A stretch of 64,000 nt of DNA, taken from the NCBI GenBank assembly GCA_037439425.1, contig JBBIWA010000010.1, positions 41,590 through 105,589 on the forward strand, in the 5' to 3' direction. Source of the DNA: Acidobacteriota bacterium. Lineage in GTDB: Bacteria; Acidobacteriota; Blastocatellia; RBC074. Below, piece by piece: positions 27,593-37,713 of this stretch (position 1 is its first letter; the number at the start of each line of letters is the position of its first letter). The notes beneath the pieces are model-generated. The model was not told the origin of the DNA. It did no database searches and saw only the letters and a list, made by a program, of their open reading frames with translations. The position numbers and the translations under genes are program-made.

Positions 27593-30500
27593 TCAGAAGA
27601 CGAACTTCAAAGCAAATTGCATCAAGCGCGGATCGCCTGCCAGCGATGAGATGCGCCCTACATCGCTGCTGGAACGATTCGCATTGGGTAAGCCGAACTG
27701 CGGCGTATTGAACATATTGAACATCTCCCAGCGGAACTCCAGCCGGCGCCCTTCGCCGAAATACTCAAATGACCGCGCCAGGGCAAAGTCGAAATTGACA
27801 TACCCAGGCCCGTCCAGCGTGTTCCTGCCGCAGGTGCCCAAGCGTGCTGGCGTCGGCACCGCGTAAGCCGAAGTGTCAAACCAGCGGTCCACGTTGCGCT
27901 CATCGCCTGACAGCTTGCCGTCCCTCAAGCAATCGGCCAAGGCATTGGCCAACCCACCGCGATTGCCGACCAGGCTGTTGTTGGCGCTGGCGAAGACGGT
28001 GAAAGGACGCCCCGAACGGATGTTGGTCACACCGCTCAGGCGCCATCCCCCAAAAATATGCGCCGCCGGGCCAGCAGTCAGATAGCGGCGTCCCGGACCG
28101 AATGGCAGTTCGTAGATGTAGCTGGCGACAAAGCGATGCCGGATGTCGAAATCGCTGCGACCGCGTTGTGATTTGAGGTTGCGCGAATTCTGCATGAAGC
28201 TGTTCGAGCCGCCGCTGAAGAGATGCTCCATCCCGTAATCGAGCGACTTGGCGAAAGTGTAGGCAACGCGGAACGAAAGGCCCTGGCTGAAGCGCCGCTC
28301 AAGGGTCACCTCTCCACCGTGATAATTCGAGTTGCCTACATTGTCGCGGAACTCGATAGGGCCAAAGGCAGGGAAGGGAATGGTTCCCGTGCCGGTTCCA
28401 TCAGCATTGAAGAGTTGCTGGTTCAGATTGCGCAGGATGGAAAGATGCGTGCCTTTGGTGCCGACGTAGTCAATGGTCGCCACCATGTCACCGGGCAGCA
28501 GATACTGGAACCCAAGGTTCCACTGATCAACGCTCGGAGTGCGCGCATCCAGTGCCACCGCGCGCAACCGCACCGTCGCAGGATTGACCGCGCTCGGATC
28601 GAGCGAGAGATTAAATCCCGTCTGGACGCGCATGTTATTGGCCGTGGTACTGGTGCTTGTCACGCCCACCACGTTGTTGACCAGCCAGGGCAGGTTAAGT
28701 CCCAACTGATCTTCGCTGCCCGCGCGCTCAAAGAGCATATAGAACCGGCCATAGCCAGTGCGCATCACCAGCTTGTCCGTGATCTGATAGGCAATCCCGA
28801 AGCGCGGAGCCCAATTGTTTTTATCCGACTTGACCAGGCTGCGCCCAAATGGCGAGTTGGCGGGAGTGAAGGTTCTGCCCGTCGTAGGATCGAGGTTGGT
28901 CATGCGGTCTGCACCTTCATAGGGCCAGGTGGCGAAGTCATAGCGCAGACCGAGATTGAGCGTCAATCTGGGCGTCGCCTTCCAATCATCCTGGAAGAAC
29001 CCGGAGATCATCCACAGACGCTGATCCACCACAGCCAGATTCGACAGTTGCGCGCCCGAAGGATAACCGAGTAGGAAATCGGCCAGACCGATACCCGTGC
29101 GCTGTCCATCGAAATTCCACGTCCCGCGCAATCCCGGCACGTCGAGATAGATGTTGCGCATCGGCGCGCGCAGATCAATGCCGAACTTCATCTGATGCGC
29201 GCCGTAAGAAAGGCTCATCGTGTCGAGCCATTGAAATTGATTGGTGATCTGGAATTTAGGCAAAAAATCAGGCGAGCCGAGCCGGGTCGTCCCGCCAACG
29301 GTGCCACCGATGGTCGGCGTTCCGCCGCGCCCGCTGATGTTGATCCCCGGCAACCCGCCGCTGTAGACCGGGCTATCGGGCACTCCTTTGATGCCGAACT
29401 CGGCCAGCGTGTTTTGACCGAACGGGTCTTGATTGCCACGCGATTCGTTGCGTCCCCACCCCAAGCGGAATTCATTGATCAGCCGCGCCCCCAGCGTCCG
29501 CGTCCAACCAACGGCGGCCGAATGGGCCTTCATAATCAAGCGGCCAAAGGCCGAAGTTGAAGTGCCATCAATGATCCCGCCGAAAGCGCCAGGGACGAAG
29601 CGGAAGCGATCGGAATAGGTATAGCGCACGAAGATGCTATCGTTTGGGCTGGCCTGCCAATCACCCCGCGTGGTGAAGCTATCGGTGTCATCAATCAGAC
29701 TCGGAGTCCGAATGAAGTTCTGAACATTGAGCGGCCCTGATGCCGGCACCACGTTGGGCAGTGGCACCAGGCTTAGGATCTTCTGCGCTACCGGGTCCAA
29801 ACAAGCCGCCGGGATCTGATTATTCTTAAATGATCCGTCGGCTTCGAAGGCTGCTGGCACCTTAGCGCGACAATCGCCCACGCGATCAAAGAGCTTGGCA
29901 TAGCCACCGGAGATCCTGTTGGCTGCCGCTGCCGCTGCCGAAAAGTCGCCATTGCGTTCATTGGCAAGCGGCACATTAGCGGTGCGATTGAGTCCCTTAC
30001 GAATGCGCGTGCCTTCGTAGTTGAAGAAGAAGAAGGCGTGATTTCTGATGATCGGACCGCCGAGATTGCCGCCGAATTGATTCTGAATGTGCTGCGGTTT
30101 GTCGCGTCCGGCGCGATTGAGGAAAAAGTCATTAGCATCGAAGACGCGATTGCGATGGAATTCGTAGAGCGTGCCGTGAAACTCGTTCGAGCCACTGCGG
30201 GTGGTGACGCTGATGACGGCCCCGGGGCTGCGCCCATTCTCAGCATTGTACGGATTGGTGCTGACTTTGAATTCCTGAATCGAATCCACTGAAGGACGCG
30301 CCACCTGTGTGGTCAGCTCCTGTACGTTGGTCGAGATTGAATTATTATCCACGCCATCGAGCACGAAGTTATTTTGCAGCGAGCGCACTCCGTGCACATT
30401 AGCGCCGCCTGTGCGTCCGGCTGCCGTCCCACCGCCTTGCTCGGTGTAACGGTCTGCTTGCACCCCTGCGACCAGAGTCAGCAAATCATCCCAGTTGCGC

Positions 30501-30952
30501 GCCGAAAGTGGCAGATCCGACACCTGGCGATTTTCGATCACGCCCCCGGTGGTGGCTTCCTGCGTGACGAGCAACGGTGCCGTCGCTGTGATGGTGGCTG
30601 TTTCAGTTACAGCGCCGACTTCGAGCGTGAAGTCGATGCGCGCTTTCTGCCCGACTTCGAGCTTGACATTTTCGCGCAAGGCTTTCTTGAAGCCCTGCAA
30701 CTCGACTGTCAGGGTATAAACCCCAACGGGCAAGCTGGCCAAGGTGTAATACCCTGAACTATCAGTCAGGGCAGTGTATTCGACATTGGTCGCATTGTTT
30801 TTCGCTCTCACTGTAGCGTTAGCAGCCACAGCTCCAGCCGCATCGGTAATCAGGCCGGTAAGACTCGCATTCTGGACTTGAGCCAGGCTGGCAAACGCCA
30901 AACTTGCAGACAGTAACATGCCGGCCAGGATTTGCAGTGATCTCCTCAACAT
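27593..30952 (-). CDS. TonB-dependent receptor (carboxypeptidase-regulatory N-domain, Oar-like)
   Basis: Same architecture as the neighbour; C-terminal PRLMQFALKFVF. Confidence 0.93.
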   Translation of the reverse strand: MLRRSLQILAGMLLSASLAFASLAQVQNASLTGLITDAAGAVAANATVRAKNNATNVEYTALTDSSGYYTLASLPVGVYTLTVELQGFKKALRENVKLEVGQKARIDFTLEVGAVTETATITATAPLLVTQEATTGGVIENRQVSDLPLSARNWDDLLTLVAGVQADRYTEQGGGTAAGRTGGANVHGVRSLQNNFVLDGVDNNSISTNVQELTTQVARPSVDSIQEFKVSTNPYNAENGRSPGAVISVTTRSGSNEFHGTLYEFHRNRVFDANDFFLNRAGRDKPQHIQNQFGGNLGGPIIRNHAFFFFNYEGTRIRKGLNRTANVPLANERNGDFSAAAAAANRISGGYAKLFDRVGDCRAKVPAAFEADGSFKNNQIPAACLDPVAQKILSLVPLPNVVPASGPLNVQNFIRTPSLIDDTDSFTTRGDWQASPNDSIFVRYTYSDRFRFVPGAFGGIIDGTSTSAFGRLIMKAHSAAVGWTRTLGARLINEFRLGWGRNESRGNQDPFGQNTLAEFGIKGVPDSPVYSGGLPGINISGRGGTPTIGGTVGGTTRLGSPDFLPKFQITNQFQWLDTMSLSYGAHQMKFGIDLRAPMRNIYLDVPGLRGTWNFDGQRTGIGLADFLLGYPSGAQLSNLAVVDQRLWMISGFFQDDWKATPRLTLNLGLRYDFATWPYEGADRMTNLDPTTGRTFTPANSPFGRSLVKSDKNNWAPRFGIAYQITDKLVMRTGYGRFYMLFERAGSEDQLGLNLPWLVNNVVGVTSTSTTANNMRVQTGFNLSLDPSAVNPATVRLRAVALDARTPSVDQWNLGFQYLLPGDMVATIDYVGTKGTHLSILRNLNQQLFNADGTGTGTIPFPAFGPIEFRDNVGNSNYHGGEVTLERRFSQGLSFRVAYTFAKSLDYGMEHLFSGGSNSFMQNSRNLKSQRGRSDFDIRHRFVASYIYELPFGPGRRYLTAGPAAHIFGGWRLSGVTNIRSGRPFTVFASANNSLVGNRGGLANALADCLRDGKLSGDERNVDRWFDTSAYAVPTPARLGTCGRNTLDGPGYVNFDFALARSFEYFGEGRRLEFRWEMFNMFNTPQFGLPNANRSSSDVGRISSLAGDPRLMQFALKFVF

Positions 30953-30956
30953 ATAT

Positions 30957-31230
30957 TCCTCCTCCGAAAGAAAATCCCTAGGAGCGGCAGCATCCTTGCG
31001 TGCTCGTTAAGAGTGGAAAGCCCCGCACGTTCGCAAGCGTGCGCTCCCAGGATGTTCATTGCTTTCAGGGTGTTATCAAAGACGACATGCACGACTCCTC
31101 GGAAAATTCCTGGGAGCGGCAGCATCCTTGCGTGCTCGTTGATATTGAAAACCCTGCACGCTGGAAGCGTGCGCTCCCAGGTTCTCACTATCTCTGGGCG
31201 TCGTCGTGATTACATGGACGACCCCTCAGA
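30957..31230. repeat. Two tandem family A units with linkers
   Basis: Units at 30976-31051 and 31109-31181, both with class III spacers. Confidence 0.9.
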
Positions 31231-31415
31231 TATTCATAACTTGAACTCAGCACCAGATAGACCGCTGCTGAGCAGGCACACTACGTCTTCGATGTCAAAG
31301 AGTAAGTCAGCTCCGACTCCTCAACACCGACGCAACATCCCAGCTAGCCCAAAAGGCAGGTGAATCTGATTTCCCGTTTTGTTGTCTTTACAGTGTAATT
31401 CTTCTCGATCCCAGC

Positions 31416-32894
31416 TCAGAACTTACGAGACCATTCTTTCGGCCACCGTTCGATCACCACTTTTTTATCAGTGTAAAATTCAATGGCATCGCGCCCTTGA
31501 CCGTGCAAGACACCAAGGAAACTGTCTTTCCAGCCGCTGAAGGGGAAATAGGCCATCGGCGCAGCCACGCCGATGTTGATGCCGATATTGCCTGCGGGCG
31601 CTTCGTAGCGGAATTTGCGCGCCGCTGCCCCGGAGGAAGTAAAGATCGAAGCCGCATTGCCATACTGGCTGCGCGAAAGGATCGCTATCGCTTCATCAAC
31701 TGTCTCAGCCTGCAGCAGGCTCAAGACCGGGCCGAAGATCTCTGTGTCTGCGATCCCAGTCTCAGGTGTGACATTATCGAGAATAGTCGGCTTGATGAAG
31801 TTGCCCTGTTCGTAACGTGCGATCTTCGCATTGCGCCCATCGAGCAGGATGGTGGCACCGGCGCTGGCACCTTTAGCAATCAAACCTTCGATGCGCTGCT
31901 TGCTTTCACGCGTGATGACCGGCCCCATCTGTACTCCTTCTTCGAGACCGTAGCCAACTTTGATTGAACTGGCCATCTCGGCAATGGCTTCGCGGAAAGC
32001 CTTATGCGCTTCACCTACGGTTACCGCCACGGAAACAGCCAAACAGCGTTGCCCGGCGCAGCCAAAGGCGCTGTCGCTGATGATTTGGGTGGTCATCTCC
32101 AGGTCCGCATCGGGCAAAACGACGACGTGATTTTTGGCCCCGCCCTGACACTGCACCCGTTTGCCATTGGCCGCGCTGCGCGAGTAGATGTATTTGGCCA
32201 CAGGCGTTGAGCCGACGAAGCTGATGGCGCGCACCTGTGGATGATCAAGCAAAGCATCAACGGCCGGTTTGGCTCCGTTGACTATGTTGAATACGCCGGG
32301 CGGCAATCCGGTTTGCTCGACAAGCTCAGCAATGCGCTGCATAGCGACAGGCACGCGCTCAGATGGCTTGGAAATGAACGTATTGCCGCAGGCAATCGCG
32401 TAAGGCATAAACCACAGCGGCACCATGACGGGGAAGTTGAACGGCGTGATCGCCGCCACTACGCCGAGCGGTTGACGGATCATGAGTTCATCAATGCCGC
32501 GTGCGACATCTTCCAGGTTATAGCCTTGCATCATCGTGGGAATGCCGCAGGCGACTTCGACGTTTTCAATCGCCCGGCGCAATTCGGCTTTCGCTTCCAC
32601 GAGCGTCTTGCCGTTCTCCATCGTGATCAGCCGGGCGAGACCTTCAAAGTTCTCTTCGAGCAGTTGTTTGAACTTGAACAGATACTGGATGCGCTCTTCT
32701 GGTGGCGTGCGTCGCCATTCGGGAAAAGCCGTGGCTGCGGCTGCGACTGCTGCATTGACATCCTCGGCGCCGCCGAGCGGCGTTTGCGCAATGACTTCGG
32801 CCGTAGCCGGATTGATCACCTCCAGGTACTGGCTGGCGGTCGAACGTTGCCACTGGCCGTTGATATAGTTGGGTAGTTGACCATTCGTTGGCAT
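31416..32894 (-). CDS. iolA: CoA-acylating (methyl)malonate-semialdehyde dehydrogenase
   Basis: [35 protein letters not shown]; iol context. Confidence 0.93.
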   Translation of the reverse strand: MPTNGQLPNYINGQWQRSTASQYLEVINPATAEVIAQTPLGGAEDVNAAVAAAATAFPEWRRTPPEERIQYLFKFKQLLEENFEGLARLITMENGKTLVEAKAELRRAIENVEVACGIPTMMQGYNLEDVARGIDELMIRQPLGVVAAITPFNFPVMVPLWFMPYAIACGNTFISKPSERVPVAMQRIAELVEQTGLPPGVFNIVNGAKPAVDALLDHPQVRAISFVGSTPVAKYIYSRSAANGKRVQCQGGAKNHVVVLPDADLEMTTQIISDSAFGCAGQRCLAVSVAVTVGEAHKAFREAIAEMASSIKVGYGLEEGVQMGPVITRESKQRIEGLIAKGASAGATILLDGRNAKIARYEQGNFIKPTILDNVTPETGIADTEIFGPVLSLLQAETVDEAIAILSRSQYGNAASIFTSSGAAARKFRYEAPAGNIGINIGVAAPMAYFPFSGWKDSFLGVLHGQGRDAIEFYTDKKVVIERWPKEWSRKF

Positions 32895-32912
32895 AAATAC
32901 CTCCGGTTAGCT

Positions 32913-35570
32913 TTATGGCTGTCGTTTCTTCAGGCTGATCAGATTGGCAAACAGCCGATACGCGCCTGCTACGCCGGCAGGCAACTGCCGATAGAAAGCG
33001 TAAGCCGCGTAAGTGAAAGTGCCGCGACCGTACTGCGCCTGCAACATCCCGCCGCGCTGTGGCGGTTGCTCGCGATCATGGCTTTCAAGCAAGGGCTTGT
33101 AGCGCGCATCCCACTGGCTCATCCACTTCGAGCCGCGCTCTTCGACCCAGCCCTCGAAATCGGCTTCCGTGATCTTGTTTGGCCAGTTGAAGACGGGATT
33201 GGCTGGATCGAGGATCCTCACCCTGGCATCTTCTTCTGATACCTCTTCAGCGCGCGGCGTGAGTTTGTAGGGATAGGGCCCATAAGAGGCGGTATCGAAC
33301 TCCTGCGTTTGATATTGGTAGATGAGGTTGCCGCCGCCTTCGACGTAATCGAGCAAGCGGCGGCTGTAAGCCTTCAAATCATTGCGCACGGCCGTGGCGC
33401 GAATGCCAATCACGATGGCATCGAACTGATCCAGCTGGCCGCTGGCCAGCTCCTCTTCACCGAGCATCTGGACTTTAACTCCGATCTGCCGGAGCGCCTC
33501 TGGCACCTCATCCCCGACGCCCATCACATAGCCGACGTTCAGATCAGGCGCAACTTTCACTTCAATTCCGCGAAGCTCGATCACTGCCGGGCGATAAAGA
33601 TGGCGCACTTCCAATCCGCGGTGCGCAATCACCCGATAGCCTTCGGTGTACTCCTTGCCTTGATACTCGGCTACAGCTTGCACCCGGTAATCCCTGCCCG
33701 GTGCAAGGTGCGGAATGGAGAGCTTGAAAGCGAAATTTTGGACCTCGCCTTCGTGCGTGAAGCTGAAGGAAGCTTCGGCCGGTATAGCTTGCCATCCTTC
33801 GGGCAAACGCAAGCGGACTTTGCCGCTGGCCGCGCCTTTGACGTTGCTCGCCACATTAACGCGCACACTGTAGCTGGCCTGCGTTGCTGCAGTCGGAATC
33901 ACACCCACAGGGGGTGAAACGCTGAGGTTGAGCGCAGGCGCAACCGCAAGCAAGCGCCGTTGCTCGCCCCATGGGCGAGCCACAAAGACAGTTTGCGCTG
34001 GCTGCGTCAGCGTGAAAGAGACCCCATTGACCTGATAGGTGAAGGCTCCCACTACCTCCGGCGGCGTGAAAGGGAGGCCTAGATATTCAGCTCGGTGAAT
34101 CGTGTATAGATGATCGCGCAGTTCCGAAGCGCGCGACCAGTAAGGCCGCGTGTATTGAGCCTGCTCGGGCACAGTCAGCTCGAAGCGCGCCAGATGTCGC
34201 TCGTTGTAAAGCGGCGCTCCTGTAGAACGGGCGATTTCCTTAACTTGCCACCCTGCTGGCACGCGCAACGCCAACGCCGGTGAACTAATGGCTACTTTGC
34301 TGCGATTAACAATGGTCGCAGTGAGTGTGAATCGCTGGCCAGGGATGACCACTGCCGGAGTCTCACGCGACTGGAAAGGCATCCCGCCTTCGTTGCCTCC
34401 TTCAGGATCAACGAGCACTTCCATCACCAGGCCGAGCGCTTTATTCATAGCCTCGTTGAACTCACGCTCTTTGTTGCTGAGCAGGAAGAGCAGATGATCC
34501 TTGCTCGCAGCCTCAAGCTGCGAAACGCGCACTTTCTCTATCACCGCGCGCGTCAGGCGCATCCCTGATGCCAGTTCCGGCGCGACCAGCCACGGCGCAC
34601 GTGCCTCGAACTTTCTGATGGCCGTTTCAACCTGATGGCTAAGCTCAGCCAGCTCTGGCGCCAGATTCACCGATGAAGCAGCGAGACGAGCCATCCCGAT
34701 AATTGTCGTATCGAGACCATCAAACAGACTCTTCTCGGTCTCGGGCTGGGGGAACTGACTCTCGACCAGTTGCACCGCCGAGAAAGCAGAAGCTGCCATT
34801 ACGCGCGCCTGGCCTACCCCTTGTGAGCGGTGCTGGCTGTAGCCTTCGCGCGCGATCTCACGATATGAACGCCCAAGCAGCGGATCGTACTCGCCCACAT
34901 CGATCTTCAGCGTCGCCGGCTCGTTCTCGCGCACGCTGAGGTAAAGCTTCTTGACCTGCCAGGGGCGCAAGCCTTCGGCGAACTGCTCGGGGAAACGATT
35001 CGGATCAGCAGCAGCGCGAAAAGCTTCGAGGCTGAGCAGCCCGGCTGCCTGATGATTGCCGTGACCATCGCGCCGCTGGCCGTGAAAGCGCGAAATGATC
35101 ACATCCGGGCGATACCTTCTGATGGCGCGCACTACATCGTCGAGCACCCGCTCCTTATCCCAGTGCTCTAGCGTTTCATCGAGTCGCTTGGAAAAGCCGA
35201 AATCGGTCGCGCGCGTGAAGAGCTGCTGATCAATGCCGTAATAACGCCCCGCAGCGAGCAGCTCTTCGGTACGCACCAGACCGAGCGCATCGTATAGCTC
35301 TGGGCCGATCAAATTAGCGCCACCTTCGCCGCGAGTGAGAGTGAGCAACCCTGTGCGCACGCCTTGCCCGCGCGCCAGCCACGTAAGCAACGCCGCGTCT
35401 TCATCATCCGGATGCGCGGTCGTGTGCAAGACGGTCGCGGTCGTCCGCAAGCGCAGCAATGCTTGCCAGGCAGCGGCTGCGCCTCGGTTTTCGCCAGGCT
35501 CCTGGAGGCGCGCCGCCAGGCCGGCCCCCGCCAGAAAGCCCCCCAGTATGAGCGTTGCTACTTTCTGCAT
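32913..35570 (-). CDS. Secreted PIG-L/LmbE family de-N-acetylase with Ig-like (NEW3-type) and GATase-like C-terminal domains
   Basis: AHPDDED, TRGEGG, DFGFSK, GHGNHQ; ATG at 35570 gives a signal peptide. Confidence 0.88.
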   Translation of the reverse strand: MQKVATLILGGFLAGAGLAARLQEPGENRGAAAAWQALLRLRTTATVLHTTAHPDDEDAALLTWLARGQGVRTGLLTLTRGEGGANLIGPELYDALGLVRTEELLAAGRYYGIDQQLFTRATDFGFSKRLDETLEHWDKERVLDDVVRAIRRYRPDVIISRFHGQRRDGHGNHQAAGLLSLEAFRAAADPNRFPEQFAEGLRPWQVKKLYLSVRENEPATLKIDVGEYDPLLGRSYREIAREGYSQHRSQGVGQARVMAASAFSAVQLVESQFPQPETEKSLFDGLDTTIIGMARLAASSVNLAPELAELSHQVETAIRKFEARAPWLVAPELASGMRLTRAVIEKVRVSQLEAASKDHLLFLLSNKEREFNEAMNKALGLVMEVLVDPEGGNEGGMPFQSRETPAVVIPGQRFTLTATIVNRSKVAISSPALALRVPAGWQVKEIARSTGAPLYNERHLARFELTVPEQAQYTRPYWSRASELRDHLYTIHRAEYLGLPFTPPEVVGAFTYQVNGVSFTLTQPAQTVFVARPWGEQRRLLAVAPALNLSVSPPVGVIPTAATQASYSVRVNVASNVKGAASGKVRLRLPEGWQAIPAEASFSFTHEGEVQNFAFKLSIPHLAPGRDYRVQAVAEYQGKEYTEGYRVIAHRGLEVRHLYRPAVIELRGIEVKVAPDLNVGYVMGVGDEVPEALRQIGVKVQMLGEEELASGQLDQFDAIVIGIRATAVRNDLKAYSRRLLDYVEGGGNLIYQYQTQEFDTASYGPYPYKLTPRAEEVSEEDARVRILDPANPVFNWPNKITEADFEGWVEERGSKWMSQWDARYKPLLESHDREQPPQRGGMLQAQYGRGTFTYAAYAFYRQLPAGVAGAYRLFANLISLKKRQP

Positions 35571-35580
35571 CTTGCTGCTT

Positions 35581-36609
35581 CTATGATCTCGTTCTTTCGC
35601 GGTACTGCTGAAGCGATACCGGACGATCTTCTTTGAATGAGAGCGTCGCTGCGAGGCAGACCTCCAGCGCCGCCACGCCATCAGCGCAGGTAACCGATGG
35701 CGGCTCATCGCGCCAGAGCCGATCAACGAAATCTTGTAACTGCGCGATGTAAGCCTGCTCGAAGCGCTGCATAAAGTACGGCACCGCGTCATGCGTGATC
35801 CCTTCTTTAGTCATCACCAACACCGGAGTTTCGCGCAGATAACCGATCTTAAGCGTGCCTTTAGTGCCCAAAATCTCGGTGCGAATATCATAGCCATAGA
35901 CGCCACTGCGGCTGAGATCAACGACGCCGAGCGTCCCACTTTCAAAGTATAGATTGACGATCGCATTATCCAGATCGCCTATCTCTTTCATCTCCGGGTA
36001 AGCCAGCGTGCCGCCGAGGCTGTAGACGCTGCGCACCTCGCCCATCACCCAGCGCGCGATGTCCAGATCGTGAATGCCCATATCCACGATGATCCCCCCG
36101 CTTTTGTTCGGGTCCAGAAACTCCAGACTCGGACGGTAAGGATCACGCGAAGAGGATTTGTAAACCACCGGAGTGCCAATTACGCCTTGCTCGATCTTCT
36201 CTTTCGCTGCGCGATAGCCCTTATCAAAGCGGCGCATCAAGCCCATATGAAAGAAGACTCTCGTGCTGGCAATCACCTGCTCGATGGCGCGCGCTTCGGC
36301 CAGAGAAAGCGAGAGCGGCTTTTCGCAAAAGATCGCTTTGCCTGCTTGCGCGGCGCAGCTCACGATGTCGTGATGCGTGCTGGTCGGCGTGACGATGACC
36401 ACAGCGTCAATCTCTCTGTCAGCCAACAGGTCTTGATAGTGCGGATACCATTTGGTCACGCCCAATTCTCTGGCCTGCGTTTCGGCAGCGGCGTTGTGAT
36501 CCGAAGCAGCCAGCAGCTTGGCCTTTTGCACGCGCTGCGTCAGATAGCCGGCGTAGACGCTGCCCAGGCGTCCCATGCCGATCAGCCCGAGATTGATCTT
36601 TCGACTCAT
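35581..36609 (-). CDS. iolG: Myo-inositol 2-dehydrogenase
   Basis: GMGRLG, CEKP, RRFD, SRDP, SGGIIVDMGIHD, YGYDIRTE. Confidence 0.88.
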   Translation of the reverse strand: MSRKINLGLIGMGRLGSVYAGYLTQRVQKAKLLAASDHNAAAETQARELGVTKWYPHYQDLLADREIDAVVIVTPTSTHHDIVSCAAQAGKAIFCEKPLSLSLAEARAIEQVIASTRVFFHMGLMRRFDKGYRAAKEKIEQGVIGTPVVYKSSSRDPYRPSLEFLDPNKSGGIIVDMGIHDLDIARWVMGEVRSVYSLGGTLAYPEMKEIGDLDNAIVNLYFESGTLGVVDLSRSGVYGYDIRTEILGTKGTLKIGYLRETPVLVMTKEGITHDAVPYFMQRFEQAYIAQLQDFVDRLWRDEPPSVTCADGVAALEVCLAATLSFKEDRPVSLQQYRERTRS

Positions 36610-36629
36610 CGTTGCCTCGTCTCTTCGGT

Positions 36630-37677
36630 TCACGATCTCTTCTCGGTGTGCTTCCGCAACCAGGCTGTCAGTTCGTCCAGCGAGCGAAAGTCAAGCAAAG
36701 CTTCTCCAAGTTCCTCAAGCTGCGCAACCGACAGCGCCCGAATGCGCTCTTGCATTTCAGCATCTACCTTGCTCTTGCCCAAACGGCGGCGCAGCAGGCG
36801 CAGTGCGAACGCTGCCGCCTCTTCCTGCCGCCCTTGCTCTAAGCTTTGTTCTAAGCCTTGCTCTAAGCCTTGTTGCAAACCTTGCTGCAAGCCTTGCTGT
36901 AAGCCCCTTTGGATACCTTCTTGAACCCACTCATCAACAAATGAGCCCATGATTTTCTCTCCTTCCTTGCGAGAAAAGAGCGCGACCAACCCAGCCCGAA
37001 AATTCTCTGCCGAGACGTGAGGCGACCCGTACCGCAGGTACTGGGCAATCGTGCCTAGATATTCCAACGCTCTGGCCTTCGGCCACGACTTCATCAATCT
37101 GAAGATCTCAGCCGGGCGCGAGCCAATCTCGCGGCTGAAGATATGTTTCATCAACAGCAGCGCCACGCGCAGCCGCACGCCCCCTTTGATCTCTTCCTCA
37201 GCATACGTCGTCAGGTCGCACAGGAAACACTCAAATTCCGGCACGTACTTTTGCAAGGCCGCGGCGCCATTCCATTCGATCAGCTCGCCGAAGCGACGCG
37301 CCGCATTCCAGCGCCGCCGCCCGTGGTAGAAGACCACAGGGAAGATCGGCGGTAGTTTCCTAACCCTCTGCTCTACGAGCGGCTCCCAGATCCGCACCGA
37401 CCTAGAACGCTGTCTCTGCTACAGGCGCGCTCTTGTGCTCAAGGAGCAAATAAATAAAGGCTCTCCCACCGCGCTTGAGCTTGATCCGGTAGAGCAGATC
37501 GGAGAAATGCTCTTGCAGTTCCGGATCCACGAAAGAGTCTTTGACCAACTCCAGTGACTGCAAGTCGAGCGCCTTGACGACCTCTGGCGGCAGATAGTGT
37601 GCCAGAAAGTCCACCGCCACATCAGTCCGCGAGAAGACCTCCTTGAAAAACACATCGTGCGGATTGCTAACCTCCGA
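36630..37677 (-). pseudogene. Rpn/YhgA-like PD-(D/E)XK nuclease (putative transposase) with DUF4351-like C-terminus, disrupted
   Basis: HDVFFKEVF, SDLLY, LLEHKS in the first ORF; TAG stop plus frameshift near 37400; PVVFYHG, QQGL repeats and LEELGEALLDF in the second ORF. Confidence 0.85.
36832..36906. repeat. 12-bp coding tandem repeat (~6 copies, QQGL/EQGL)
   Basis: CCTTGYTSYAAG-type units. Confidence 0.8.
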
Positions 37678-37713
37678 CATAGGCCGCCTCACCTCAGGCC
37701 CTCAAACCTACCG

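Noticed and set aside
36630-37677. Rpn gene as mobiliser of the family A repeats
   Set aside because: Not flanked by the repeats, pseudogenised, and PD-(D/E)XK rather than HUH chemistry
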